A stretch of DNA of 64,000 nt from Nanobdellota archaeon. Lineage in GTDB: Archaea; Nanobdellota; Nanobdellia; Pacearchaeales; GW2011-AR1. Every line of letters starts with the position of its first letter. Positions within the stretch are counted from its first letter, which is position 1. Positions 9,924 to 20,675 of the stretch are shown piece after piece. The notes below the pieces were generated by a model, which did not search any database, was not told the DNA's origin, and was given only the letters and a program-made list of their open reading frames with translations. A program made the translations under genes and the position numbers. The stretch is taken from positions 32,001 through 96,000 of the forward strand of contig JBBSXC010000001.1 in assembly GCA_038045945.1 (NCBI GenBank), read 5' to 3'.

Positions 9924-10348
9924 ATTTTTATTTCTTTAATGTTTTTTGTAGTGATCCATGCTACTCCGCTGCCGAAGCCCTTTTTGTTAATATTAAATGG
10001 TTCAATGGTTTGAGGGTTTTTTAGAAGTATTAGCACACAATAATTTTTTGTGCTGTAAAATTCGTTGTTTGGATCACGATTCTTCAAATTTATTCCCCCT
10101 TCACCGCCATACTTCTCTATTATTTCCTTAATTTTTTCTTTGTTTAGTTCGTACTGTAAGACTTTTTCTACTCCAGCTTTTGCTGTTATCTCTTTTCCAC
10201 TTTCTTTAAAGTATATTGTATCTCCAACGATTATTTTGTTCCATGGCACTCTTTTTGTTTTATACCATCTTGATTCTATTCTTTTCTTTCCAGATATAAT
10301 GTCAGGTATTAGCGCTAGTTTAGAATTCATTATTGCAACGTGATCCAT
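9920..10348 (-). CDS. ASCH/PUA-like domain protein
   Basis: IISGKKRIESR, GDTIYFK. Confidence 0.8.
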   Translation of the reverse strand: MDHVAIMNSKLALIPDIISGKKRIESRWYKTKRVPWNKIIVGDTIYFKESGKEITAKAGVEKVLQYELNKEKIKEIIEKYGGEGGINLKNRDPNNEFYSTKNYCVLILLKNPQTIEPFNINKKGFGSGVAWITTKNIKEIKI

Positions 10349-10402
10349 AGAAAATTAGTGTTTTCGTTCTTTTAATAACTATTTTATTATATTACCATTT
10401 TT

Positions 10403-11320
10403 TTACATTTTTTCTAGTATGCTTATTCTTTTTTCTATAGGAGGGTGTGACGATAGGAGGTTGCCTACTTTGTTTTTTATTGGGTTGCTTAAAAATAGTG
10501 GTGCTATTGCCTTGTTTACTTTTATTGTTCTGTCTTGTACGTTTTGTTCTTCTTTTATTTTTATTAGTGCGTTTCTCAGGCCTGTTGGGCTACGTACGAA
10601 TTTTACTCCGTTAGCGTCAGCTGCGTATTCTCTTTTTCTTGATATTGCCATGCCCACTAGTCTTACTGCTATTGGTGCTAGTATTGCTAGTGCTATTCCT
10701 ATGATCATTAGTATTGCGTTTCCTTTGCTATCATCGTCTCTTCCTCCACCAAACCATAAGCTTCTCAAAAATATTTCGCTCATTATTGCTATCATCCCTA
10801 TCATTACTGTTGCTATCGTCATGAATCTTATGTCGTAGTTTGCTACGTGTGATAATTCGTGTGCTAATACTCCTTCTAGTTCTTGTTTTGTTAGTTTTCG
10901 CAAGGCTCCTTCTGTTACGCAGACTGAAGCGTTTTGAGGGTTTCTTCCTGTTGCGAATGCGTTTATTTGTTCTCCCCTCATTACGTATAGTTTAGGTTTT
11001 GGCATTCCTGAGGCTATTGTTAATCCTTCTATTATGCTGTGGTATTCTCTTTCTAGGGGACTCGAGTGGTTTGCTAGTCTTGCCCCAACAGATGCTATTG
11101 CTATTTTGTCAGAATTGTAGTATCCTATGAATGTGTAAGTTATTGATATTATTATTGTTATTATCATTATTGTGAAGAATAGTGATGGGTTGAATGCTTT
11201 TGATATTACGTATCCTAAAGCTATCATTACTACTAGTATTACCATTATTAGTAATGTCGATTTTATTTTGTTTTTTCTTATTTGTTCATAGAACGATACT
11301 CTTTCTTTTTCTTTAGCCAT
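10403..11320 (-). CDS. htpX: M48 zinc metalloprotease HtpX
   Basis: NAFATG, HELSH, SRKREYAAD, SHPP. Confidence 0.92.
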   Translation of the reverse strand: MAKEKERVSFYEQIRKNKIKSTLLIMVILVVMIALGYVISKAFNPSLFFTIMIITIIISITYTFIGYYNSDKIAIASVGARLANHSSPLEREYHSIIEGLTIASGMPKPKLYVMRGEQINAFATGRNPQNASVCVTEGALRKLTKQELEGVLAHELSHVANYDIRFMTIATVMIGMIAIMSEIFLRSLWFGGGRDDDSKGNAILMIIGIALAILAPIAVRLVGMAISRKREYAADANGVKFVRSPTGLRNALIKIKEEQNVQDRTIKVNKAIAPLFLSNPIKNKVGNLLSSHPPIEKRISILEKM

Positions 11321-11375
11321 TATTAATATAGGCTTATTATTGTTTAAAAACGTTGTTTAGTTTAGATCTAGTAGA

Positions 11376-11771
11376 TTATATTTTTGCCTCAAGCCTTGAT
11401 TCTCTTACTTCTCTTATTGGACTAGTTACTATCATGTCCCATTCGTCTCCCTCTTGAACTTTGTCCCCTTCAATTTCTAGTAATGTTGCTACCATCCTTT
11501 TCCCAACTAGCGGTTCTTTAGGTAAAATTTTATAGAATTCTTCAAATGATAAGTCCCCTGGAACGATTTTCTCTTCTTCTCCCTCTTTTTTTAATGAGAA
11601 CACGTGACTTCTTCCACTGTAAACTGCATGTTTTATTCCGTCGCTTTCATTGAAATATCCATCCACTCTGTAATGTCTTCCAACGTGAGGTCCAGTTTGA
11701 GCAACAACGCATGGAATACCCCTTGAATCGTCTACTTCATAATCGCGATTTCTTGTTGTTATAAATGCCAT
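11376..11771 (-). CDS. Hypothetical protein
   Basis: ORF only. Confidence 0.55.
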   Translation of the reverse strand: MAFITTRNRDYEVDDSRGIPCVVAQTGPHVGRHYRVDGYFNESDGIKHAVYSGRSHVFSLKKEGEEEKIVPGDLSFEEFYKILPKEPLVGKRMVATLLEIEGDKVQEGDEWDMIVTSPIREVRESRLEAKI

Positions 11772-11845
11772 AATAATTCTTTGTCGTTTTACTTTTTAAG
11801 TATTATTGTGTTATCAGAGCTAGCAGTTTTTTATTAAAAGTTTTT

Positions 11846-13168
11846 TTATATTTTTGTTTCTGCTCTTATTGCGCTTGGTGCTTCTCCGCCGTGCCATGTT
11901 AGTCTTGGTTTTATTCTCATTGAGTATATTCTTTCGCTGTTGTCGTCTAGTATTATTGCTGATCCTTTTACTTTTGGTAGGTCGTCCATGTATTTGTTTA
12001 TTGATGATAACAAGTATGATTGCATCATGTTGTTTAGTGCTTTTAGGTCTATGTCTGATGTTACTCTGTGTGATATTACTATGTCTGATTGTGTTATTGC
12101 GTCTCTGTGCAAGGCTCCTGGTTGTTGTGTTGCCATTACTAGTGATATTCCTGGTTGTCTTCCTTCACGCAGGAGTTGTATTAGTGCGTCTGTTGCTGGT
12201 GTTTTGTGGTTTTCTGGTAAGAATTCGTGTATTTCGTCAATGAATAACCATATTAGTGGTACGTCTCTTTTTTGGGATATTCCTCCAAGATAGTTTACTC
12301 CTTTGTTTATTGCTTCTGTTTCTTCTTTTTTTCTCGCATTCATTCTTTCTGTGAATAGTTTTCTTACCACTAGGCCTATTACAAGTCCTCTTACGTTGAA
12401 TGCTCCCACTGCGTTGTATACTGATAAGTCAAGGACTGATGTTACTTCTGCTTTTGCTAAGTCTATTATTCTGCTAGCTTTCTTTTTGTTTTCTTTGTCT
12501 ATGAATACTCCCCACGTTTTTGCTGCCTCAAATAGTCCTTCAGCTATGTTTTTTATGCTTTGTGAAGAATTTTTTTCTGTTTTTATTTTTTCTGTTATGT
12601 CGCTTATGAAGAATTCTTCTCTTTCTATTTTTAGTTGGCTTACTACTTTTTGCATTAGTACTGCTACTTCTCCTGTCATTTCTAGGTTGAATGTTATTAC
12701 CCAGTCTTCAGGTTCTAGTTCGCTAGGCGTTACTCCGAATGATTCGTCTACAGGTATTCCTTTTTTTAGGTACGTTTCGTAATGTCCGTATGGTACTATT
12801 ACTCTTACCGGTAAGTTTTTTGGTTTTATGTTCCATGACTCTAATAATTCTTTTTCTTTGTCGTTTTTGTATTTCATAGTCCAGAATATTCCCATAGTGT
12901 CAAAGATTATTGGTGCTATGTTTTTTGATTCTTCTGCTGGTAGTGCTGATAATTGTTCTGCTATGCTTCCTAAAGTGTAACTTTTTCCGCTTCCTCTTTT
13001 TCCTGCTACTAGTACTACGTGTGTTCTTGCTACGTCTAGGTATATTGGGTTTGATAATGAGTTGTAATTTCCCATTTTTACGAACCCTTTTCCTATTAGT
13101 ATTTTTCCTCTTTCACCAAACTTTTTTTTGTCCTCAGGATCACGTCCTATTAGTATATCGTAAGGCAT
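11846..13168 (-). CDS. HerA/FtsK-superfamily ATPase (DUF87-like)
   Basis: Walker A GKRGSGKS, Walker B LFIDEIH, REGR, ATQQP. Confidence 0.88.
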   Translation of the reverse strand: MPYDILIGRDPEDKKKFGERGKILIGKGFVKMGNYNSLSNPIYLDVARTHVVLVAGKRGSGKSYTLGSIAEQLSALPAEESKNIAPIIFDTMGIFWTMKYKNDKEKELLESWNIKPKNLPVRVIVPYGHYETYLKKGIPVDESFGVTPSELEPEDWVITFNLEMTGEVAVLMQKVVSQLKIEREEFFISDITEKIKTEKNSSQSIKNIAEGLFEAAKTWGVFIDKENKKKASRIIDLAKAEVTSVLDLSVYNAVGAFNVRGLVIGLVVRKLFTERMNARKKEETEAINKGVNYLGGISQKRDVPLIWLFIDEIHEFLPENHKTPATDALIQLLREGRQPGISLVMATQQPGALHRDAITQSDIVISHRVTSDIDLKALNNMMQSYLLSSINKYMDDLPKVKGSAIILDDNSERIYSMRIKPRLTWHGGEAPSAIRAETKI

Positions 13169-13251
13169 GAATGTTGGAGGTTATTGGCGTTTTTAATAGT
13201 TATGCTCTCTTAACGTTAATGTTTATATAAAGAATAATCCTTTATTTTATT

Positions 13252-13632
13252 ATGGAAAAAGGTGTTTCTCAGAGTGGTGGTAGGCGGAAGGTTTTGACTC
13301 TTATTGGTGTTTTCTTAGTTGTTGGTTTGTTGAGTGTTATTCTCCTCTATCGTGGTGGTATAACTAGTAAGGTTACTGGTGAGGTTGTTAAGGATAATGT
13401 TGATCCTATTAGTGAGTCTGATGCTGTTAATAGGCTTGTTAGTTTTCTTAATACTAAGTATGGTGATGCTAAGTTTTTTCGTAGTGAGGATTTAGGTAGT
13501 GTTTATTTGGTTGTTATTGAGCATGATGGTCAAAAATATGACTTTTTTATTACTAAGGATGGTAGATACTTTTCTAATTTTATGGAGAAGTTAGAGCTTG
13601 ATAGTGCTTCTGGTAATGTTAGTTCTTCTTAG
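13252..13632 (+). CDS. Membrane-anchored hypothetical protein
   Basis: N-terminal TM followed by the ITG/VTG.VV motif typical of DPANN surface proteins. Confidence 0.6.
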   Translation: MEKGVSQSGGRRKVLTLIGVFLVVGLLSVILLYRGGITSKVTGEVVKDNVDPISESDAVNRLVSFLNTKYGDAKFFRSEDLGSVYLVVIEHDGQKYDFFITKDGRYFSNFMEKLELDSASGNVSSS

Positions 13633-14819
13633 GCTTCTATTGCGTTAATATACTTTATTTCTTCTTCGTTTAGTCCTAATTCTTTGTGCGTTTTAGGGTT
13701 TTTTAGTACTTTTATCATGTATGGGAATTCTTTTGTTGCTTTGCTTAGGCTTATATGGTTTTTTTCGCAGTATTTTGATATTACGGATTTTTTCTTTATG
13801 TTTTTTTGGTTTATTATCCAAGTTTTTAGTATTCTTTCAGGTCTTTTGTATGATGTGAATCCGAATTTTGGTTTTTTCTTAGCCAGGTTTATTCCGGCTG
13901 ATAAGAAGTTTGCTTGGTATATTAGAAACCTCCAGTGTTGTCTTCTTATTATTCTTCCTCTGTATAAGTCTGCTAGGCTTAGTGCGTTGTAGGCGTTGTA
14001 TAATTCTTCTCCTTTGTACTCGTTTGGTATGTTTTCGTCCATCCATAAGAATACTTCGTCTATTGATATGTCTGTTTTGTCGAATATGTTTATTAGGTCT
14101 GGTGTAAATTTTCCTTTTAGTATTTCTTTCATTACTGTGAATATGTCTTTTCTTTCGTCTCTTGATGTTAAGGCTTTTGACATTTGTGATGCCTCAACTC
14201 CCCCTTTTAGTATTTCTAAGTCGTTTATTGCTGCTCTTACGTCTCCGTCTGCTTTTATTGATGATCTCAGTAAGTCTTCATCATTGACTTGTATGTTTTC
14301 TTTTTGGCATATTTCTTTTATTATTCCGAATACTGATTTGTAGTCTAATTGTTTTACTGGTATTACTTCTGCTCCTTTTCTTAGTTCTGCGAATCTTTTG
14401 TCCCATATGTCGTTGGCCGTCATTATTATTGGGAATGCGCTATCATTAACTATTTCTATGAGTGTTGCTAGTCCTCCTTCGTCTATTTTTGATATTCCGT
14501 CTACTTCGTCAATTAGTATTATTTTGTTTTTGTTAAATAATGATTTTTGTTCTGATGCTGGCTTTACTACTTTTTCTAGTTCTCCTCTGTTTCTTAGGTC
14601 TGATGAGTTTATTTCTAGTATTTCTGATTTTGTTTCTATTGCTGCTACGTGTGCTATTGTTGTTTTTCCGCTTCCGCTTGGCCCGTAAAAGATTATGCTT
14701 TTTTTGTTTTTCGGGAATGTGCTTAAGAATGCTTTTAGTTTTTCTATCGCGTTGTCTTGCCCTTTTATTTCTTTGAATGTTTTCGGCCTGTACTTTTCTG
14801 ATAGAGAAAGGTTTATCAT
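13629..14819 (-). CDS. rfcL: Replication factor C large subunit
   Basis: EKYRP, GPSGSGKT, INSSD.R, LIDEVD. Confidence 0.95.
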   Translation of the reverse strand: MINLSLSEKYRPKTFKEIKGQDNAIEKLKAFLSTFPKNKKSIIFYGPSGSGKTTIAHVAAIETKSEILEINSSDLRNRGELEKVVKPASEQKSLFNKNKIILIDEVDGISKIDEGGLATLIEIVNDSAFPIIMTANDIWDKRFAELRKGAEVIPVKQLDYKSVFGIIKEICQKENIQVNDEDLLRSSIKADGDVRAAINDLEILKGGVEASQMSKALTSRDERKDIFTVMKEILKGKFTPDLINIFDKTDISIDEVFLWMDENIPNEYKGEELYNAYNALSLADLYRGRIIRRQHWRFLIYQANFLSAGINLAKKKPKFGFTSYKRPERILKTWIINQKNIKKKSVISKYCEKNHISLSKATKEFPYMIKVLKNPKTHKELGLNEEEIKYINAIEA

Positions 14820-14823
14820 TTTC

Positions 14824-15795
14824 TTATATTGATTTGCCCTGTCCTGCTAGGACAAATCCTGCTATTAGTGCTTCTAGTTGTATGAATTCGTCACTTCCTT
14901 CTATTAGTCTGAATTCTATTTCTCCCGTTTTTTCTATTAGTTTTACTTTTATTTCTGGTTCTATTGGTAAATTCCATATTTCTTTTTGTATTGCTTTTAT
15001 TATGTCTTCTCCTGAGAATCCTCCGTTTAGCATTATTTCTAGCATTTTATCTCTTGCTGTTACGAAGTCTCCGCTTAGTGCGTATTCCATCACTGTTTTT
15101 ACTTGTGATGGTTTTGCTGATGCTACTACTGTTTCTATTAGTCCGCTAGTGATTTTTGTTGATATTGATGCTGTCGACTGTATTAGGTTTATTGTTCTTC
15201 TGCAGTCTCCTTCGCTTGCTTCGTATATGTTGTCAATTGATTCGTCTGATATTTCTAGTCCTTCTCCTTCAGCTATTTTTTTAAGTATTTTTGCTATGTC
15301 CTTTTTTTCAAGTAGTGTGAATCTGAATAGTACACATCTTGATTGTATTGGGTCTATGATTTTTGATGAGTAGTTGCATGATAGTATGAATCTGCAAGTG
15401 TTAGAATAATTTTCCATTGTTCTTCGTAATGCGTTTTGTGCGTCTCTTGTTAGTGCGTCTGCTTCGTCTAAGAATATTACTTTGAATGGTATGTTTGTTA
15501 TGGCTTTTGTTCTTGCGAAATCCTTTACTTTTTCTCTTATTACCCCTATTCCTCTTTCGTCCGACGCGTTTAGTTCTAAGTAGTTTTCTCTCCATGATTC
15601 TCCGAAGAGTTTTTTTACCACTATTAGTGCTAGTGTGCTTTTTCCTATTCCTGCCGGTCCTGTGAACATTAGGTGTGGCAGATTCATTGATTCTGTTAGT
15701 CCTCTTACTCTTTTTACTACTTCTTCTTGACCTACCATTTCTTCGAACGTTGTTGGCCTGTATTTTTCTGTCCAAATGTTGCTTTTAGGAATCAT
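14824..15795 (-). CDS. rfcS: Replication factor C small subunit
   Basis: WTEKYRP, LELNASDERG, DEAD, QSRC. Confidence 0.97.
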   Translation of the reverse strand: MIPKSNIWTEKYRPTTFEEMVGQEEVVKRVRGLTESMNLPHLMFTGPAGIGKSTLALIVVKKLFGESWRENYLELNASDERGIGVIREKVKDFARTKAITNIPFKVIFLDEADALTRDAQNALRRTMENYSNTCRFILSCNYSSKIIDPIQSRCVLFRFTLLEKKDIAKILKKIAEGEGLEISDESIDNIYEASEGDCRRTINLIQSTASISTKITSGLIETVVASAKPSQVKTVMEYALSGDFVTARDKMLEIMLNGGFSGEDIIKAIQKEIWNLPIEPEIKVKLIEKTGEIEFRLIEGSDEFIQLEALIAGFVLAGQGKSI

Positions 15796-15880
15796 TTTTT
15801 GTGCACCTTTTTTTATTTCTCCTTTATATTCTTGTGATATTTTGAGTTATTATAAAGCTTATGATGATGAAAGATATAGA

Positions 15881-16246
15881 TTACTCAAGAATTGCTAATA
15901 ATCCGTCTACTTGCGAGGATGTTGATTCATCACCATTATCATACCCGCTTATGTATGAGAATAATGCTACTTCGTATAATAATGCTTTTTCTTTAGACTT
16001 AAAATTTCCTAGAATTGCTGCTACTTCTACGCTTGACTCATAGTTTCCCCTAACTACACCAGTCGTTTTCGGATTTTCTTCAACATTGTTTCTCGCCCAA
16101 GAACCAGCCATGTATCCTTCTGGCAGGATGTTTCTTAAGTACTCTTTTTTTTCTTCACTCAATTTTTCTTTTGCTCCCATAAGCCTCTTCTTAATTGTTA
16201 CAAATTTTGTGCTTTGAGTTTTAATCTCGAATACCATAGTTATCAC
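15881..16246 (-). CDS. Hypothetical protein
   Basis: ORF only. Confidence 0.5.
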   Translation of the reverse strand: MITMVFEIKTQSTKFVTIKKRLMGAKEKLSEEKKEYLRNILPEGYMAGSWARNNVEENPKTTGVVRGNYESSVEVAAILGNFKSKEKALLYEVALFSYISGYDNGDESTSSQVDGLLAILE

Positions 16247-16314
16247 TGATGATTGTTCTTTATATAGATTATTTTTCTTTAATATATAGTTGCCAACTAG
16301 AACTTTAGAGGTTT

Positions 16315-16422
16315 TTATGTTCTTCTTTGTTTTCTTTTTCTCTTCTCTTTCTTTAGGCGCTTACGCTGCCATTTCCATCTCATTTGTCTTTTCTTCTTCC
16401 ATCTTCGTGAACTTCGCTTCAT
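16315..16422 (-). CDS. rpl41e: Ribosomal protein eL41 (eS32), missed by the ORF track
   Basis: Translates MKRSSRRWKKKRQMRWKWQRKRLKKEKRKRKQRRT*; MRWKW motif; TTTAAA box ~25 nt upstream. Confidence 0.9.
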   Translation of the reverse strand: MKRSSRRWKKKRQMRWKWQRKRLKKEKRKRKQRRT

Positions 16423-16483
16423 GTTATTAATGTGCTAAGAGGGGTTTAAAAACCTTTATAAAAGTGATTTGTTTAAGTTCTTA

Positions 16484-18016
16484 ATGAGTAAAATAGAGGA
16501 AATTTTAGAGTCTCTTAGTCTTGTTGAGCGACAAATACTTCCTTTCGTTAGAGAGGGCATGGATGAAGTCGAAAAACGCTCTGGCCTTGATAATACTTCT
16601 ATTTTGCGTGCTTTACAATTCTTAGAAAATAAAGGTTTGATTGTTAAGGATGTTAAAAAATCTAAGGTTATTGATCTTGATGATAATGGTAGAATCTATC
16701 TGGGTGAGGGTTTGCCTGAGAGAAAACTTTTATCTTTGTTAATTAAGGAAAAATCTTTGACTATTAAGGATGCTAAAGTTGACAGCAAGCTTAATGATCA
16801 GGAGTTTAGTGTTGCTTTAGGATCGCTTAAGAATAAGGCTTTGGTTAGGATTGATTCTGGTAATGTGAGTTTTGTTGGTAAGAAGGATGATACGGATAAA
16901 AAGTTTTTTGAGGAAGAATTATTGGTTAAGCTTCCTGTAAGCCTTGATTCTTTGGAAGGTCCTTTGAGGCTTGCTTATGAGAATCTTAAGGAGAGGAAGG
17001 GTATCATAAAAGTTCGTGATGTTTCTGATTATGTCGTTAAGCTTACAAGTATTGGTGAGGATGTTGCTCGTTGCACTGTTGATTCTTCTTATGATAATAT
17101 GATTGAACAAGTTACTCCTGACATTATTAATAATGAGTCTTGGAGGGGTAAGAAGTTCCGTCGTTATGATGTTAAGAGTAGGGTTCCAGAGATAAGTGGT
17201 GGTAAGAAACATTTTGTTAATCAATCTGTTGATTATGGTAAGAGGATTTGGTCTGATCTTGGCTTTAAGGAAATGACTGGTCTTATGACTCAAACATCTT
17301 TTTGGAATTTTGATTCTTTATTCACCCCTCAAGATCACCCCGTTAGAGAAATGCAAGACACATTCTTTATTAAGGACGCCATTGGAAAGCTCCCTAACAA
17401 AAAAATAGTTGATGCAGTAAAGTCTTCTCATGAGGGAAAAATAAAAGGTAGTAAAGGTTGGCAATACGAATGGAAAGAAGAGGGAGCAAAGAGGGTTTTG
17501 ATGAGAACACAAACTACTGGCCTTTCGGCAAAAACTTTAGCTAAGCTTGGAGAATTAAAGAATAGTAATGAGAAAGAGGGGAAATTTTTTGCTTTAGGGA
17601 TGAATTTTCGTAATGAGACTGTTGATTGGAGTCATGGATTTCAATTTAATCAAACTGAGGGAATAGTAGTAGGAAAAGGATTAAACTTCAAAAACTTGCT
17701 ATGGTACCTCAGAGAGTTTTTTAAGAAGATGGGTTATGAGAAGGTCAGGTTTAGGCCTGCTTATTTTCCTTATACTGAGCCTAGTGTTGAGATTGAGGTT
17801 TGGCATCCAGAAAGAAAAATTTGGTGGGAGTTAGGTGGTGCTGGAATGTTTAGGCCTGAAGTAACAATTCCTTTACTGGGAGAGCATATACCTGTTTTAG
17901 CTTGGGGTCCTGGTTTTGATCGTACCATGATGGATTATTACAAAATTACTGATTTGCGAGAGTTTTATGAGAATGATTTGACTAAGTCAAGAAAGAAAAG
18001 GATGTGGATGAAGTAA
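16484..18016 (+). CDS. pheS: Phenylalanyl-tRNA synthetase alpha subunit (archaeal long form)
   Basis: WNFDSLFTPQDHPVREMQDTF, FRNE, YFPYTEPS, GAGMFRPE. Confidence 0.96.
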   Translation: MSKIEEILESLSLVERQILPFVREGMDEVEKRSGLDNTSILRALQFLENKGLIVKDVKKSKVIDLDDNGRIYLGEGLPERKLLSLLIKEKSLTIKDAKVDSKLNDQEFSVALGSLKNKALVRIDSGNVSFVGKKDDTDKKFFEEELLVKLPVSLDSLEGPLRLAYENLKERKGIIKVRDVSDYVVKLTSIGEDVARCTVDSSYDNMIEQVTPDIINNESWRGKKFRRYDVKSRVPEISGGKKHFVNQSVDYGKRIWSDLGFKEMTGLMTQTSFWNFDSLFTPQDHPVREMQDTFFIKDAIGKLPNKKIVDAVKSSHEGKIKGSKGWQYEWKEEGAKRVLMRTQTTGLSAKTLAKLGELKNSNEKEGKFFALGMNFRNETVDWSHGFQFNQTEGIVVGKGLNFKNLLWYLREFFKKMGYEKVRFRPAYFPYTEPSVEIEVWHPERKIWWELGGAGMFRPEVTIPLLGEHIPVLAWGPGFDRTMMDYYKITDLREFYENDLTKSRKKRMWMK

Positions 18017-19668
18017 TGGCTGGCGTAAAGTTTTCTAGAAAAGAGTTTGAGAAGAGATTGAAGATAACTCCTCAAATTATTGATAGGATTAACATGTTTG
18101 GTACTCCTTTTGAAGGAATGACTGATGATGAAGTGGAAATTGAGATATTTCCTAACAGGCCTGACATGTTAAGTATAGAGGGATACTTACGATCTTTAGA
18201 AGCATTCCTTGATAAGAGGGGGAAAACTGGGATGAAGCATTATAAGAAGGAGAAGAGTAATTACAAATTATTGGTTGATAAGTCTGTTCCTAAACAGTGG
18301 CCTTATGCTATTGCTTGTGTAATAAAAGGGGTTAAGCTTAATAGTGATAGGGTTAAGGACTTAATACAATTACAAGAAAAGCTTGGTTCTACACTTCTTA
18401 GAAGGAGAAAGAAGGGTGGTGCAGGACTTTATCCTTTGGGTAAGATAGAGTGGCCTATAAAGTTTGAGGGTAAAAAATTAAGAGAGATTATTTTCCGGCC
18501 TTTAGAAATGGATGATTACATAACTGCTGATAAAATCTTGGATTTACACCCAACTGGTAGGAAGTATGCTCATGTTTGCCAGTCGTGGGATAGTATGCCT
18601 GTTTTCACTGATAAGAAAGGCAGAGTTATGTCTATGCCTCCAATAATTAATTCTCATGATTTTGGCAGGATTGATGAGAAAACAACTGATATATTTTTGG
18701 AAGTAACTGGTAATGATATGAATACTATTCAGAGAACATTAACAATTATTTCTACTGCTTTAGCTGAGATGGGTGGTAAGATTTACGAGGTTGAGTGCGT
18801 ACAAGTAAATGGTGATAAGACTAATCAACCAATTCTTGATGTTGAGAAGATGAAAATTAATACTAAGAATATTCAGGGCACTTTGGGAATTATTGTTGAT
18901 GATAAGGATGTTAAGAAGCTTCTTGAGAGGATGGGTTATGATTATGATGAAAAAAAGAAGGAAGTTTCTATACCTTCTTGGAGGATTGATGTAATTGCTG
19001 AGTGTGACCTTATTGAGGATGTTGCTATAGCTTATGGTTATGAGAATATAGAGCCTCAAATGCCTCTTGGTGTCACAACTATTGGTCAGGAAAGTAATAA
19101 GAGTAAGTTTTGTAGGAAAGTTTCCGAGGCACTTATAGGTTTGGGGTTGTTAGAGGTTTCATCTTATTATTTGCTTAGAGGTTTAGATATTAGGAGAGCT
19201 AGGATTAAGCCTTCATTAGAGGTTGAGGATAGCAAAACTGATTATAAGTATCTCAGACCTAGTTTAGTTCCTGGAATTTTGAGAATTCTATCAGAAAATG
19301 TTGATTCTGAGTACCCTCAAAAAATCTTTGAGATAGGCACAACTTTTAGAAAGTCTAATAGCAGCCAAACAGGCATTGGTGAGAAGACTAAAATTTGTAT
19401 TTCTTCTACTCCAGGTAATTATACTGAGTCTAAGCAAGCTCTTGATTATCTTATGAGGATGATTGGTGTTTCTTATGAGGTTGTTGAAGGTAGGAAGAAG
19501 GATGGCCTTATAACCGGAAGAGTTGGTGACGTGATTGTTGGCGGGAAAAGAGTTGGTTTTATTGGTGAAGTTCATCCTCAAATTCTTAAAAATTTCCGCC
19601 TTAAAGAATCATTAGCTGTTATTGAGTTGAATCTTAAGAGTCTTTATAATTCTATAAAGATTATCTGA
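18016..19668 (+). CDS. pheT: Phenylalanyl-tRNA synthetase beta subunit
   Basis: NRPDMLS, MPPIINS, DLIEDVAIAYGY, GEVHP. Confidence 0.95.
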   Translation: MAGVKFSRKEFEKRLKITPQIIDRINMFGTPFEGMTDDEVEIEIFPNRPDMLSIEGYLRSLEAFLDKRGKTGMKHYKKEKSNYKLLVDKSVPKQWPYAIACVIKGVKLNSDRVKDLIQLQEKLGSTLLRRRKKGGAGLYPLGKIEWPIKFEGKKLREIIFRPLEMDDYITADKILDLHPTGRKYAHVCQSWDSMPVFTDKKGRVMSMPPIINSHDFGRIDEKTTDIFLEVTGNDMNTIQRTLTIISTALAEMGGKIYEVECVQVNGDKTNQPILDVEKMKINTKNIQGTLGIIVDDKDVKKLLERMGYDYDEKKKEVSIPSWRIDVIAECDLIEDVAIAYGYENIEPQMPLGVTTIGQESNKSKFCRKVSEALIGLGLLEVSSYYLLRGLDIRRARIKPSLEVEDSKTDYKYLRPSLVPGILRILSENVDSEYPQKIFEIGTTFRKSNSSQTGIGEKTKICISSTPGNYTESKQALDYLMRMIGVSYEVVEGRKKDGLITGRVGDVIVGGKRVGFIGEVHPQILKNFRLKESLAVIELNLKSLYNSIKII

Positions 19669-20071
19669 TTTTTGTTAAGTCGCCTTGAACAATTGTTGGG
19701 TTAAAGGCGTTTAGTTCATCTCTTAAGCTGCCATCAGGCAAGTCGTTATAAAAGAATATTTTTTTGTTTAGTTCCCAGGCCTTGAATACTTCTAAAAATG
19801 TTGCTCCCCCAACATAATTTTTGTTTCCGCTCTTATCAAAATTTAGCACTAGTATTGCATCATTGTTTATTATCTTTTTTACTTGTAACCTTAGCATTTC
19901 CCCTTTCCATTTTGAGTGTTCTCCAGGATTATTTTTTTTCACTTCTTCTTCTTTCATCGGATTACCATAACTGTTCGGTAAGGTTATTATGTGTCCTGCT
20001 TGTTCTAACTCATTTTTTATTGGTGGAACCTTATTATAGAAGTGTTTGCTTGAGCAAATAAATATTTTCAT
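19661..20071 (-). CDS. Nucleoside 2-deoxyribosyltransferase-like protein
   Basis: MKIFICSS, DAILVLN, YVGGATFLE. Confidence 0.6.
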   Translation of the reverse strand: MKIFICSSKHFYNKVPPIKNELEQAGHIITLPNSYGNPMKEEEVKKNNPGEHSKWKGEMLRLQVKKIINNDAILVLNFDKSGNKNYVGGATFLEVFKAWELNKKIFFYNDLPDGSLRDELNAFNPTIVQGDLTKIR

Positions 20072-20112
20072 AAAAAGATTATGATATCTATTAATAATAA
20101 ACCTTTCTTTTT

Positions 20113-20673
20113 TTATGCGAATACTCCAAGGATGATCATTGCGTTCCCTATTGCGTGCGCAATCATTGCTGGTAGTACGTCGCGTTTGTTAATTATGAAT
20201 AGTAATGAGTATGTTATCCCTATTATTGTTAAGTATATTATTCTTATTGTGTCTGTGTATCCGTGAATCCATACAAATACGAATAGTTGTATTATGAATC
20301 CTAGTATTATGAATGCCCATGATGCTTTCTTGTTATCTATTCTTGATGATAAGAAGAATGCTCCCCCTAGTATTAGCCCTCTTATGAATAATTCTTCGAA
20401 GAATGGCCCTATTATTATGTATGATAAGAGGGAAAAAATGTTCTTTGCTCCTGCTTCTATTAGGAGTATCCCCGCTGCGAATCGAAATATTGATAATACA
20501 ACAAATATTGTTATTGTTGGTATTATGAATGTTTTCATAATGCTTTGGTAGTTTAGGCTAAATATTGCGTGGTGGGGTATCATTTTTCTAAGCCAGAAGT
20601 ATCCTAATAAGAATATTATTCCAACACCGAACCATATCAGGTCCGTGGTTAATAACTGTGATATTAGAGCCAT
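20113..20673 (-). CDS. CPBP/CAAX intramembrane glutamic protease
   Basis: PFFEELFIRG, FVWIH, AHAIGN. Confidence 0.85.
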   Translation of the reverse strand: MALISQLLTTDLIWFGVGIIFLLGYFWLRKMIPHHAIFSLNYQSIMKTFIIPTITIFVVLSIFRFAAGILLIEAGAKNIFSLLSYIIIGPFFEELFIRGLILGGAFFLSSRIDNKKASWAFIILGFIIQLFVFVWIHGYTDTIRIIYLTIIGITYSLLFIINKRDVLPAMIAHAIGNAMIILGVFA

Positions 20674-20675
20674 CG